Part shown: positions 1 to 13,037 of the stretch, piece after piece
Numbering within the stretch: the stretch's first letter is position 1
How the letters are laid out: each line of letters opens with the position of its first letter
Origin: Mobula hypostoma
Lineage: Eukaryota
NCBI RefSeq assembly: GCF_963921235.1
Contig: NC_086097.1
Coordinates: 211,794,001-211,858,000, forward strand
DNA length: 64,000 nucleotides
Reading direction: 5' to 3'
Made by a program: the position numbers and the translations under genes
Notes under the pieces: generated by a model
What the model saw: only the letters and a program-made list of their open reading frames with translations
Database searches by the model: none
Told to the model about the DNA's origin: nothing

Positions 1-57
1 CCTTCAATTCATCCATTACCCTAGGTCCTTTGGCCACTATTACATCTGGGAGATTGT

Positions 58-1354
58 TTGTGTCTTAGGAATAGTCAGCATGGCTTTGTCAAGGGCAGGT
101 CATGCCTTACGAGCCTGATTGAATTTTTTGTGGATTTGACTAAACACATTGATGAAGGTAGAGGAGTAAATGTAGTGTATATGGATTTCAGCAAGGCATT
201 TGATAAGGTACCCCATACAAGGCTTATTGAGAAAGTAAGGAGGCGTGGGATCCAAGGGGACATTGCTTTGTGGATCCAGAACTGGCTTGCCTACAGAAGG
301 CAAAGAGTGGTTGTAGACGGGTCATATTCTGCACGGAGGTTGGTCACCAGTGGAGTGCCTCAGGGATCTGTTCTGGGACCCTTACTCTTCGTGATTTTTA
401 TAAATGACCTGGATGAGGAAGTGGAGGGATGGGTTAGTAAGTTTGCTGATGACACAAAGGTTGGAGGTGTGGTGGATAGTGTGGAGGGCTGTCAGAGGTT
501 ACAGCGGGACATTGATAGGATGTAAAACTGGGCTGAGAAGTGGCAGATAGAGTTCAACCCAGATAAGTGTGAAGTTCTTCATTTTGGTAGGTCAAATATG
601 ATGGCAGAATATAGTAGTAATGGTAAGACTCTTGGCAATGTGGAGGATCAGAGGGATTTTGGGGTCTGAGTCCATAGGACGCTCAAAGCAGCTGCGCAGG
701 TTGACTCTGTGGTTAAGAAACCATGTGATGCATTGGACTTCATCAATTGTGCGATTGAGTTTAAGAGCTGAGAGGTAATGTTGCAGCTATATAGGACCCT
801 GGTCAGACCCTACTTGGAGTACTGTGCTCGGTTCTGGTCACCTCACTACAGGAAGGATGTGGAAACCATAGAAAGAGTGCAGAGGAGATTTACAAGCATG
901 TTGCCTGGATTGGGGAGCATGCCTTAAGAGAATAGGTTGAGTGAATTCGACTTTCTTTCCTTGAAGCGACAGAGGATGAGAGGTGACCTGATAGAGGTGT
1001 ATAAGATGATGAGAGGCACTGATCGTGTGGATAGTCAGAGGCTTTTTCCCAGGGCTGAAATGGTTGCCATAAGAGGACACAGGTTTAAGGTGCTGGGGAG
1101 TAGGTACAGAGGAGATGTCAGGGGTAAGTTTTTTATGCAGAGAGTTGTGAGTGCATGGAATAGGCTATTGGCAACGGTGGTGGAGGCAGATATAATGGGG
1201 TCTTTAAAGAGACTTTTGGATAGGTACCTGGAGCTTAGAAAAGTAGAGGACTATAGGTTAGCCTAGTAATTTCTAAGGTAGGGACATGTTCAGCACAACT
1301 TTGTGAGCCGAAGGGCCTGTATTGTGCTGTAGGTTTTCTATGTTTCTATGTTTC
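58..1354 (+). mobile_element. CR1 LINE, 5'-truncated (RT domain to 3' end), disrupted
   Basis: ORF 58-525 has [28 protein letters not shown] and FADD. It continues through stops to the CR1 C-terminus (RGHRFKV..FFMQRVV..WN) and ends in a (TTTCTATG)n tail. Confidence 0.95.
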
Positions 1355-3020
1355 TTTGTTAACACAGTTGGGGCTGACTTCAAACATCAGGTATCTGGAC
1401 TGTTCTCAATGTGGCAACGTGCTCAGGAGCAGGTCACTGACAGCATTCTGTGGGGACATTGAAACTCTCATCGGGTTATGTGAATGGGTATGGTCCACTA
1501 AATGCGATGCACCAAGCACAGCCAGTGATAGAAATCTCTGATACTGTTCACACGATGTGTAATGAATCTTGTTCAATTATGAACCAAAATATCTGTCCTT
1601 GGTGAAGCTGATAATGATGGATTATTGTTCTATTAATTTGCAAAGGTGTTCACATGGTTGTCTGACTGCAAACTCACAGATTGACTATCATTCAGATCAC
1701 CATCCAGCCATTATCATTGTGTGTCTTTAAGCTAAACTGTGTGAAAGGTGGGAAGGGAATGATAGTATGAATAGTATTTCAGCTGTATGCACATATAATA
1801 CCATTCTGCAACATTAGGATGGAAAAGGTTACACTTCACTGATTTCTGATGCGATCAGCACAAATGCCTGTGGTGTTTCTGTAGGCTACCTCATTAGAAA
1901 AGTTCCTACATCATGATGATAAATTTGTTTGGTTTGACAGAAAACACCCTCAGGGGGCCTGTAGAGGATATAGGAGATGGGGGCAGGTGGCTTGAAGTGT
2001 TGGTAGGATTAACCTTATTCTGACAAAATACATTGAACCTGACATTCTCCTTCGGACTCTCCATAGGCTCCGTCAGGAAGCAATGGAATCCAGGACTGCA
2101 TGAAATGGTTCGGATATCAATACAGCAATGAACCAGAAAATGGTTTGAATACATACATGATTATAGGATAGTAAAGAAGAAGGCACAATGTGTTGCTGAG
2201 ATTGTTAATTACTGGAAGCAGGATAAAGATGTTTCCTTGGTAACAACAAATGAGTATGAATGAAGTAGAAGCAAAATGTGGAATTGCGGACCCGCTCCAC
2301 AAAATCTATATTTAACTACTTGGCAGAAAAAACCACCAGATATTTTGAATCATTCATGGGCAGTAACTACCAGATCTTCCTTACTGGCCCAGATGTACGG
2401 CAGGCAGTCATGCAGGATCATTGACCTGAAAACAGAGAGTGGATGACAGAGTAGAAACTAATATCATAAGGTGGCTTCACACAGTGCTTTTGCTTTAATA
2501 AATAATGCTCATTGAGCTATAAAGTGCTGCAACATTCCTTTTGAAAGATACTTGAATATTGAAATCTTTGTACAACATGGGATGCTAAGATGAAGATAAT
2601 TGTTATTGCTGATGTCTGTGTACCAGAAGTGAGTTAGAGCCACTTAACAATTCAAACATGTTTCATTGGACATTTGCCATCAGCTAAACTGGAATTAAAC
2701 CTTCTAAGAAGGCAAAAACAGACAGGATAAAATAATTATTTTATGTCAATAAATATCAGTAACCTTTGTGGTGTAAGATAATAAATAATGAACAGCATGG
2801 ACAGATGGTTTAAAGCAATATAGGCAGCAGAGTATGGGGTCCTCTCAAGTTGTTGGTAGGTATATCAGAGAAGTACAGCCAGGATAATGTTGGAGTAATT
2901 GAGCTGGAAAGCAACATTGGATAAGGCTCTTAGTGGCAGATAAGAACAAATTATGACAGATCTCGAGGATGTCTCAACTGTTGCCACAATTAACCTGGTT
3001 ATCCACTTATCCCTTAATAA

Positions 3021-3450
3021 GCTACTTACTTACTTACTGCCCATTATGCTGTCAGTGTTTAGAGCAGCAGTGAAGGTCCCTCATCTCTGGTGGTGTTCTG
3101 TGCTTCCTTCATCATGTCAGTAGTTTCCTCTTAGTTTTCACTCGTGCCAGTCACGCAAGCCCCATGTGGAGACTCAGGAATACCAGCACATTCAGATGTA
3201 GAAGGATTCTTCATTGCTGTTTCCGTAGCAAATTTGTTTTACCATTCAGAGTTGTTAGCCCTGTGCTGAACCCCTAACCCAGTGGACTGGTGGACCACTC
3301 TTAGTCTGGCCTCTACCCTTTGACCTATTTGGCATGGATGATCTTACCAACAGCCAAAGAATAGAGGCTTGACTCCAGCAAACATAGCTCTCGGGGTCAT
3401 TGAGACATGCAAGCCTCCAAACCCAACGACAAGGTTGTGGTCCTCTTGCA
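3021..3450 (-). mobile_element. Short non-autonomous RTE-derived element (5'UTR joined to 3' end)
   Basis: Minus strand starts CAAGAGGACCACAACCTTGTCGTTGGGTTTGGAGGCTTGCATGTCTCAATGACCCCGAGAGCTATG (Expander/Rex3/BovB-like 5'UTR) and ends in (TAAG)n. Flanked by ~55-bp diverged direct repeats at 2968-3019 and 3451-3506. Confidence 0.75.
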
Positions 3451-3699
3451 GATGTCTTAACTGTGCTTAGTCGCAATTAACCTGTTTAGCCATCTATCCC
3501 TTAATATACTAACTTAATTAATAGTTATCATTTCAAGTTTTGTCATTTTCAATTGGTCTTGCTTCAACTGATTTTGAGTTCCAGATTTCTTTGGCACTTT
3601 ATATGATACTAGTTTGAATTTAATTTTGCTTTCTTAGTTCAGTGTTTCCACAGTTGTGGATGTAATTTCTCTCTTGCCAAGCCAATCAACTCCTTTGAA

Positions 3700-4550
3700 A
3701 AGAAAATCTGAAAATGTTGGAATTCTGAAATTCCGAAATGGAAAAGTTTAGCAGGCCTGGCAGCATTTGGGGGGGGGGGGTGGGGAGAGAGAGAGAGAGA
3801 TGCAGTGCGTAAAATAAAGGGAATGTCTGGAACAGTCAAAATCATGTAGTCACTGAAAGAATAGTTATGCTTCTTTTTGCAATGTGTTGTTGAGGTTGTA
3901 AAGTCTGAATGATATATTCTACCGTCTGCCCTACTGGGAGGTGCTGAGCAGGCCAGAACAAAATAAAAATGGAAAAAATTGGCAAGCCCAGAGAGCAAAC
4001 TCTGCAACAAACAGAAAGAAAGAGAGCAAGTTATCTGAAATTGGAGCATTCAATGTTGGGGTTTGCATGTTGCAACGTGCCCAGAAGAAAAATAATGTTT
4101 TGTTCCTTTAGCTTGCATTGGGCCATGTTGCGACAGTGCAGGAGGCCATAGACCAAGAGGTCAGAGTAGAAATGTGCGGATGAAGCTCAGGATCACTCCT
4201 GTGGACTGGGTATAGGTGACCTACAAAGTGATCACTCAGTCTGCATTTAGTTTCTCTAATGTAGAGGAAGACACATTGTGAACATTGAATGGAGCACACT
4301 TGATTGGAAGGAGTGTAATTTAGTCAATGCCTTACTTGGAATAACTTTACTGGTCACTTCATGGTGAAGGTTGAGACAGAGGAGAAAGGACTGCTATTGG
4401 GCCTCCTGCATTTGCATGGGTATGTGCATAATGTGGAGAGGATAAGGTGTAGATGAAAGAACAGACCAGGAGGACTGATCCCTTTAAAATGCTGGAAGGG
4501 GAAGTGAGGGGGTTATGAGTCAGGTGGTGGAATCTTATTGGAGCTGGTAG
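3700..4550 (-). mobile_element. Degenerate Penelope-like element (GIY-YIG remnant and 3' end)
   Basis: ORF 4108-4299 (CSIQCSQCVFLYIRETKCRLSDHF) resembles the PLE GIY-YIG motif CxxC..YIGET.R.L..RF. pLTR-like AGCAGGCCTGGCAGCAT near 3750. Confidence 0.7.
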
Positions 4551-4904
4551 TAGGTGAATGAGGAAATTCTTTAATTGTTTTTAATATTTCAATGACATCA
4601 TCCCCAGGTCTTTTATTCTCAAGGAATTAACAACCCTTTGCACACAAAATGCCATCAAAATTTATTGCTTTTCTCTTTCACCATTTAGAAAATACTTCAA
4701 CTCTTTTGGTGATTCCTTTTAAGAAAAATAGATCAATGGTCTGAGTCTTAATGCAAGACACTGTACCAGCATCTGCTCTCTTCTACAAATGTATGTAGGA
4801 AGGGACAAATAATATGGAAACCTGAAAAAACATTTGGATCAAAATCTCTGGTATTGAGAGTCTACTGCAGTGTACTAGAATTGTGCATTTTTCCAGACAA
4901 TTAT

Positions 4905-5655
4905 TGAATTGAATTGATTATTACTTACATCCTTCACATGCATGAGGAGTAAAAATCTTTACATTACATCTCTGTCCAAATGTGCAATGTATAATTTATA
5001 GTAATTTATATTGAATAGTATGCACAACAATATAACAATAGAAATACAGTTGTGTCAGCATGAGTTAATCTGTTTGATGGCCTGGTGGAAGAAGCTGTCT
5101 TGGAGCCTGTTGGTCCTGGCTTTTATGCTGCGGTACTGTTTCCTGGATGGTAGCAGCTGGAACAGTTTGTGGTTGGGTGACGTGGGCCTGCAGTGATCCT
5201 TCGGCCCCTTTTTACACACCTGTCTTTGTAAATGTCGTGAATCATGAGAAGTTCACATCTATAGATGCGCTGGGCTGTCCGCACTAATCTCTGCAGAGTC
5301 CTGCGATTAAGGGAGGTATAGTGATGCAGCCTGTCTGGATGCTTTCAATTGTGCCCCAGTAGAAAGTCCTTCTTCAACTTCTTCAAACGTCTGAGGTGAA
5401 AGAGGCGCTGTTGTGCCTTTTTTCACCACACAGCCAGTATGTACAGACCACGTGAGGTCCTCGGTGATGTTTATGCCGAGGAACTTAAAGCTGTTCACCC
5501 TCTCAACCCCAAATCCATTGATGTCAATAGAGGTTAGCCTGTCTTCATTCCACAATCAGCTCCTTTGTTTTTGCGACATTGAGGGAGAGGTTGATTTCTT
5601 GACACCACTGTGTCAGGGTGATGACTGCTTCTCTACAGGCTGCCTCATTATTATC
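4905..5655 (-). mobile_element. Rex1/Babar-type LINE 3' fragment
   Basis: ORF 5307-5555 (INGFGVERVNSFKFLGINITEDLTWSVHT) matches the Rex1/Babar thumb region. (TTCAA)n-type tail at the low-coordinate end. Confidence 0.8.
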
Positions 5656-5911
5656 AGAGTGTAAGAATGGTGCAGGAGGTACGCAAATGACAGCGCACTT
5701 GTTCTCAACTCATACAGCATACTTGGAAATTACTCTAATGAAACAGCATGATTTCTTTTAAGGTGATGATGGTTTTGAGCTGGATAGCTCTGTTCTTTCG
5801 AAATCCTATTGCCAGTGTCATAAACCTCTTCATTATACAATCTTCTGTATATTGGTATCTCAAAGTTCCAAGTTCCAAGTAACTTTATTAGCAAAGTATG
5901 TATTTTGGAGC

Positions 5912-6050
5912 CCCATGGTAGAACAGCAGTTAGTGCAATGCCATTACAGCTCAGGGCGTTGGAGTTCAGAGTTCAATTCCAGCATCCTCTCTAAGCAAAT
6001 TTGTATGTTCCTTCCCATGTGCACATGGGTTTCCTCCAGATACTCCGGTA
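5912..6050 (+). mobile_element. HE1/V-SINE-like tRNA-derived SINE fragment
   Basis: tRNA-like head (GAGTTCAATTCC B box) followed by TGGGTTTCCTCCAGATACTCCGGT, a V-domain-like core. Confidence 0.6.
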
Positions 6051-6694
6051 CAGTAAAAATCTTTGTTTTGCAAGCCATCCATACAGATCATTCTTTGGGG
6101 GCACTCCTCTGTTTTCGTGTATGGTTGCATAAAAAATCATTTCAGGATGTATATTGTGTACATTTCTCTGTCATTAAATGTACCTTTGAAACCTTTGAAA
6201 GCAGAATGGCAGTATTAAATGGTTGAAATCTTAAGAAATAAAAAAAGCTGACACAAATAACTGAATAATGACCAGGAGCAAAGATGGTGCAAATTTGAAA
6301 TCATCTCTAAAACATTAAAAAAAGGACATTAAAAGAAATTGATGGGACATCAAAGGCATATTTCATGTGCTACGTGAAAACTGTAATATTTCAGATGTTC
6401 TTGATATCTTCCTGAAAGAAAATGCTTAAATTCATTTCAAGGGTGGCTATAGATTGTGAAGAATTAAGCAGGTAAAGAATTTCCTGAAGCAAAAACAAAA
6501 AGAAAATGCAGGAAATACTCAACAGGTCAGAATGCATCTGTACAAAGAGAGACAGAGTCAATGCTCCAGAATGTAGTCCTTTGTTGAAATTTGCTGGCTT
6601 GCATATTCCCAAGTACGGTACATTCCACAAGGCAGAAATTCAGTGATTACTGAAGAACAGGATGGGGCAAGCAGGGCAGCAATAAACATGTGTA

Positions 6695-7240
6695 AATATA
6701 CAGCACTGAAGGGACTTTTAGTTCACCATGTCCAGAGCAAACAAAAAATATAGTTTTTGAAGGTAGTCCTACACCTGGTCTCTTCACCCATATCCTAGCA
6801 GTTTACAGTTCAAGTTCTCATCCAGGTACTTAACTACATTGAGATCTTCTGCCTCCACCAGCCTTTCAGCCAGTAAGCTTTGGATCTTCCCTGCTCTTCA
6901 GTGAAAAAAAATTTTCATCAAATTGTCTCTAATCCTTTTTTTCAATTTCCTTAAATCAACAACCTTGACTTTTTGACATTATTATCAAAAGATAGGACTT
7001 TCCAATTTGCTCTACTAAAGCCTGTCATAACATAATTAACTTTAACCTTATTTAAATCTCTCCCGAGCTTCTCTGTTTTGCTGAAAACAATGCTCATACA
7101 GCCAACTTCCTTTTAACTAAAATTTTTCTACTACGGCAGTATCTTCATAAATCTCTGAGACTTCTTTACAACTTTCACTTTCTTTCTGTAGGTGTGTGAT
7201 TAGAACTGTAGCCCCTGTTCTTGCTGTAGCCTGGTTACAC
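6695..7240 (-). mobile_element. Old degenerate CR1 3' fragment
   Basis: Residual similarity to the reverse complement of CR1 3' ends elsewhere in the window (e.g. TCTGCCTCCACCA, CAGTGAAAAAAA). Confidence 0.5.
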
Positions 7241-7399
7241 TCGAGATCCTCTGGAGAACACTTTTCTCAATGCTGTTTCCAAATGTGAATCCTGGTGAAG
7301 ATGGCAATATCTCAGGGGAGGATGGTCTGAAGCCAATTCATTATATAACCGAGTAAATATCTGCACAAGGACCAAAGCAAATCTAGGCACGCAGTGATC

Positions 7400-7800
7400 A
7401 GGAAGGATTGCTAACAGGAATCCCACATGATGTATTTGCACCCTGGTTGCAAGATGGAAGGCGACATTTTAAAGGGTGGAAAATATTTTGAGGGAATTGT
7501 TATCCATGTGGGAATTAACAATACCGATGGAAAGAAGGGTGAAGTGCAGCTATCATGCTTCAGGAGAAAAGGAAAAAGAGTAAGCTCTTTTATCTCTAGA
7601 TTATACCCAATACCAAACACACATGAGTATTGAAGCAGTAGGATAGGACAAGTAAACAGATGGTTGGAAAAAATATGTGGCAGGAAGAAAGACTTCATAC
7701 CTCACTAACATTGGAACTAATTCCAGGACAAACCAATTCAGAGTGAACAGAATAAACTCCATAAAGCTGGGGCCATGATCTAACTAGTAGAATGGGAAGT
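7400..7800 (+). mobile_element. Old CR1 ORF1 esterase (SGNH) remnant, probably continuing at ~8800-9010
   Basis: ORF 7427-7633 (MMYLHPGCKM..GIVIHVGINNTD) parallels MVCCLPGARV..VVVHIGTND at 14613-14927. Confidence 0.55.
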
Positions 7801-7804
7801 CATA

Positions 7805-8656
7805 AACACAAGAGATTCTGCAGATGCTGGAAGCAATTGACATTTCGGACTGAGACCCTTTATATGGGCACAAGATAAAGGGTCTTGGCCTGAAATGTCC
7901 ACTGTTTTTTCCTTTCTATATATTTAAAAGTTCAAAGTACATTTATTATCAAAGTACGTATACTATATACAACCCTGGGATTCGTCTTCTTACAGGCAGC
8001 CACAAAACAAAGAAATCCAATAAAACCCATTTTAAAAAGCTACACATAATGTGCAAAAAAAAAACAAATCATGCAAACAATAAAAAGTAAGTGAATAACA
8101 CTCAGAACTAAAGTTCATGAAAGTGAGTTCACAGCCGTGAAGCCACCAGTCATCACTGCAGCCAATCCAGAAGCCCATTAGTTGGATGCCACTGCCTCAG
8201 TTCAGCACAGAGATGAGTAAATCTCGCAGAGTAGTGAGCTGAACAGCAACCTGTCCCTTGCCTCTGGCCCTGACTTCCTGACCTTTTCAATTTGGCCTGG
8301 CACTTAAATCAGCCAAACATCAGCTCTTTCCTCACTTTTAGACACAGGCTCCGCTGCTTCAACATGCTCCTCAGGTCTGGGTCCTGCTACCTGAATTCAG
8401 CCCTTACCCCACCTTTCCAATCTGGTCCAGCACTCAAACTGGCTCATTGCTCGTTCTTGGGCACGAGCCACATCACCTCAACTCTACTTTGCCTCAACTT
8501 GGATCTGTCGCTTTGAATCAGCTCCAAGTCCACTCCAGCAATGGACAAACATTGGCTTGTTCCTCACACTCAGGCCTGGGCCCCACCACCTCAATTTGCC
8601 TCAAGCACGCCACGCTACCTGACCTGCTGAGTTCCTCCAGCAATTTTGTGTATGTT
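7805..8656. mobile_element. Decayed Penelope fold-back end element split by a later insertion
   Basis: ATTCTGCAGATGCTGGAA...CATTTCGGACTGAGACCCTTTAT / ATAAAGGGTCTTGGCCTGAAATG inverted pair at 7805-7920. It resumes as CCTGACCTGCTGAGTTCCTCCAGC at ~8615-8656. Confidence 0.65.
7928..8610 (-). mobile_element. Non-coding element with a Rex1/Babar-type 3' tail
   Basis: Tail AAGTTCAAAGTACATTTATTATCAAAGT is shared with 60777-61257. The body matches 38690-39380 (CAGGGCCAGAGGCAAGGGA block). Confidence 0.65.
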
Positions 8657-9227
8657 ACTAGTAGAGCGAGAGAAAGGTTAGGGTAAATCTGTTTGGAGAA
8701 AGAATACCAGATTGAAACAGTAGCAATGAAAACAAAAACATACAGGAGACATCAAGGAACAAATAACATTAGAATAAACAATGGCTTAGAAGGGAGCCAT
8801 CGGGAAAGTTATGAAGAAGAGTTAGCCACCTCGGTGTGTAAATGCATGTAATGCAGTTGGTAAGATAGTTTCAGTAAGGCAAGTTGGCAGAGGGTACCAT
8901 GATATAAAAAAAAATTGTCTTAAAGAACATAAAGTGTTGGAACTTAATATTCCTGTCCAGAAGGTATTCTGAAATGAGAGGGGTCACTGTTACTGATCAA
9001 ACAAGCAAGGATGTAGTCAATGATCAAAAGAAAGAAAGACCCAGGCAGGGCAAATGGGAATAAACTATTTTCCTTTACTGTTGGAGAAAATAAATAATGC
9101 CACGTGAAAGAAAAATGAAGCCGTTATGCTTCTGGATGTAACTTGCATACCAGTGATAATAGTGCAGGGCTTAATTTACAGCCCATGTGTGCATAACACA
9201 ATTAGAATCAGAATCAGGTTTATCAAA

Positions 9228-10095
9228 TATGATAAAAATTCTGGAAGAGATACAAGGGGTCCAAAAAGATATCAAACAGCAACTAAATGATATGAAGTCA
9301 GAGCTCGCCACGGTCAATCAAAAAATAGCAGTGGCAGAGACACAAATTGAGAAGGTGGAAGATCACGTGCAAAACGTGGAACAGATACTAAGTAAGACGA
9401 TAAAAGTATTAAATCAAAAGTAAACTGCTTGACCAGGAGGGAAGATCACGACGGAAAAATATCAGGATATACAATATTCCCAAAGGAGCGGAAGGTTTAT
9501 CTATGATGGAGTTTGTAGGAAAGTTGCTGCGGGACGTGCGGGAGATTCCCTCAACTATGGAGCTTGAAATTGAGAGGGCGCATCGTGCGCTCGTCCCGAA
9601 GCCTACTGGAGACAGAGAAGATAAGCCACGCTCAGTAGTAATTAGGTTCCTCCGATACAATACCAAGGCGGAGATTCTACGAAGGGCCTGGGGTAAGAAG
9701 AGGGTGCTTTGAACGGGAAATTAATATTTTTCAATCAAGATTGCCCCCTGGCGATCCTGCAGAAACATAAGGAATACTCTGAAGTAAAGCAAATATTAAA
9801 GCAGGGAAAGATTAGATTCCAAACTCAGTACCCTGCTAAACTGCGAGTATTTTATGAAGAAGGGACTCAGCTGTATCAGACAGTGGAAGAGGCGACTACA
9901 AACATGAAGAACAGAGGACTGCCCGTTAGTGTGGTTAAACCAAGGGAAAGCCTGGCTGAGCAGTTATCCCAATTTGCTTGGGAAATAGTAAGAGAACCGA
10001 GAAAGCAGGGGATGGGAGGAGGGCGAGAGAAGAATATCAGGAAGAGACTGTGTGTTTTCCGAAGACAGCCCTCACCCCCTCCAGAAAAGCCATAA
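9228..10095 (+). pseudogene. L1 ORF1p (coiled coil + RRM + CTD), disrupted
   Basis: Heptad-rich N-terminus; RRKNIRIYNIP; LEIERAHRALVPKP..KPRSVVIRFLRY; QTQYPAKLRV. Confidence 0.85.
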
Positions 10096-11290
10096 GGTTT
10101 GGCTAAATTTAGAAGTGTTGATAAGCTAAACAGCTAAAAAAAATAGAAGGTGCTATGCCTATCTCAAGAAATACTTATTACAATATGGATTTTATATCAC
10201 TCAATTTTTTTTTATTCATTCATTCACTCCTTTTTCCCCACCTAAATAAGAATATATATATATGGAAGGAATACACAGGGAAATCTTTTCTGTGTAATGG
10301 ACATAGATTTGTTCACTTACTTTTATAGGGGGCCCTCAACTCACAGGTAGGAGGGGCTATCCTCCATGGCTATACGGTTCTTCTAGCTCAACCCAAGGTC
10401 ATCTACTGGAGACCTCAGCCTTGGAATCACACCTTCGTTGCCTTTTTTTATTATTATTCCTGTTTCTTGGTTCCTATTTGTTCAGGGAGTAGATCGATTA
10501 AGTTTTATTCCGCTATTTTCAATGATATATTGACAGATAAATACACATGGCTAAGGGCAAAGTAAAATTCATTTTTTTTATGTCAATGGGCTGTTAAATC
10601 CAATCAAACTCAGTAAAATTCTATCCAAAATGAAAAAAAGAACAAGCCTGTGTTATATATTTACAGGAAACTCAGTTAAGTGATAATGAGCATGGAAAAC
10701 TAAAGAGAATGGGCTTCACTAATTTGTTTTTCTCCTCAAAGTATTCGAAATGGGAGATAAGGAGGGCAGATATATTCTGGTAAGGGGGAATATAGACGGA
10801 AATTCAGTTATTCTATTGAATATATACGCACCCCCAGAAGTGATATTAGTTTCTTTCAGAAAATCACTAATATTATGGTAATGGAAACAGAAGGTCTCCT
10901 GATATGTGGGAGAGACTTAAATTTACAATTACAACCAAAGTTAGACTCTTCCAATAGAAAAACCTATGAATCAAAATCTTTACATAAGAAAGTTAATACA
11001 CTCTTTGAGGATGTTGGCCTAATTGGTAGATGGAGGGACCTTTTCCCCGACAGAAGGGATTACACTCATTATTCTGCCCCCCACTCTGTATATACAAGAA
11101 TAGACTACTTCATAACATTTGGAAAAGACAAACACAAAATAAACACCTGTGGAATTGAGACAATAGATGTAAGTGACCAGACACCTATATATATATATAT
11201 ATATATATATCTGTTGATTTTGACCTACAACCAAAGAATACTATTTGGAAACAAAATTCAAGTCTACTTTAGGGAACAAACTAAAAAAGA

Positions 11291-11331
11291 TCGCAAACAT
11301 GAGGAAATCTGCAGATGCTGGAAGTTGAAGT
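11291..11331 (-). mobile_element. 41-bp Penelope terminal micro-insertion
   Basis: GAGGAAATCTGCAGATGCTGGAA matches the extension of the 16734 element. Flanked by AAACTAAAAAAGA (11278-11290) and AAATTAAAAAAGA (11332-11344). Confidence 0.7.
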
Positions 11332-12829
11332 AAATTAAAAAAGAAATTGGTCTTAGAATTCAATGATAATGGAGAGGTTTCACCTCCCATTCTATGGGAT
11401 ACTCTGAAGGCTGTCTTAAGAGGGAAAATTAGAGCGATATCTTCATTTAAGAAAAAATAAGGAATAAAACATTAGAGGAATTACAAAATAGGCTGAAGGA
11501 ACTAGAAAAAAAACACAAATTGAATTTGGCACAGGTTACATTAGAGGAGATTTTAACGAATTAGGAATGAAATTAATAGTTTGGCTACGCAAGAAATCAG
11601 GAAAAATTTAATTTTCTGAAACAGAGACATTATGAAAATTGATCTAAGTCTATGAAAATACTGCTGTGGAAACTGAGAAAAAAGATAGCAGAAAATACAA
11701 TTCATAGAATTAGGGATCCAAGAACAAAAATGAAAAAACTAAGCTAAGTGAAATTCAAGAAGCTTTTGAAGTCTTTTACAAAATCTATATTCCAAAGTTC
11801 CAGGAGGAAGCATAACCCAAATTGACACTTTTCTGAATTCTCTAGAGTTAACCACTTTAAGCGAAGAACAAAATAGAACGATGACTGCTGACATAACTGA
11901 AGTTGAACTAAAAACTGCAATTAGTAGGCTTAAGTTAAGCAAGTCACCAGGATCAGATGGGTATAAGGCAGAGTGGTACAAAGAATTTAAAAATGAGTTA
12001 ATTCCTGTCTTACTCCCCACACTGAACTGGGCCCTAAAAAAGGCACAAATGCCGCCCAGCTGGAAGGAAGCGATAATCTCAGGTATACCGAAAGAAAGCA
12101 ATGATAAAATGGAATGTGGGTTATTTAGACCAATATCCGTTCTTAATGTAGATTATAGATTATTTACCTTCATCATGGCCAAACGATTAGAAGAGTTTCT
12201 ACCCATACTGATACACAAGGATCAGACAGGTTTTATACAACAACACCAAACACAAGACAATATATGAAGGGCACCTCACATTATGGATCATATACAAAAA
12301 AATAAAATCGAAGCAATAGTGATAAGCGTGGATGCTGAAAAGGTATTTGATTCAGTTAATTGGAATTTTCTTTACAGACTTTTACATAGATTTGGTTTCC
12401 ATGACACAATTATTAAAACTATACATGCACTATATGACAACCCTACTGCTAGGATTAAAATCAATGGATATTTATCTAATAGTTTTACCCTAGAAAGGGG
12501 CACGAGACAGGGTTGTGCATGGTCACCGCTGCTCTTTGCATTATATCTGGAACCATTAGCTCAATACATCAGACAAAATGAAGATATCAGGGGAATTGCT
12601 ATTAAAGGGACAGAGCATAAATTGGCCTGTTATACGGATGACATTTTGATCTATCTAGGGCAACCAACATACTCTTTACCTAAATTGATGCAATCCTTTG
12701 AGTAATATGGTCATTTATCAGGATACATGATCAACATAGATAAAACCCAATTACTTTCATATAACTATAGCCCACCAAGAGAAATTGAAAGTAGATATCC
12801 CTGGGCATAGCAAACAGAATCTTTCAAAT

Positions 12830-13037
12830 CACAACACGCTGGAGGAACTCAGCAGGTTGGACAGCATCCGTGGAAAAGATCGGTCGATGTTTCGGGCCGG
12901 AACCCTTCGTCCTGACGAAGGGTTCCAGCCTGAAGCATTGACTGATCTTTTCCACGGATGCTGCCTGACCTGCTGAGTTCCTCCAGCGTGTTGTGAGTGT
13001 TGCTTTGACCCCAGCATCTGCAGATTATTTTGTGTTT
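12830..13037. mobile_element. Penelope-derived fold-back (palindromic) insertion with hammerhead remnants
   Basis: ~83-bp inverted arms 12829-12911 / 12914-12996 with CTGACGA at the apex. 14-bp TSD AGA(A/G)TCTTTCAAAT at 12816-12829 and 13038-13051. Confidence 0.85.

Noticed and set aside
1885..2450. Protein-like reading frames after an acceptor-like TTTCTGTAG
   Set aside because: Several in-frame stops and no recognisable family, so neither exon nor pseudogene can be supported.
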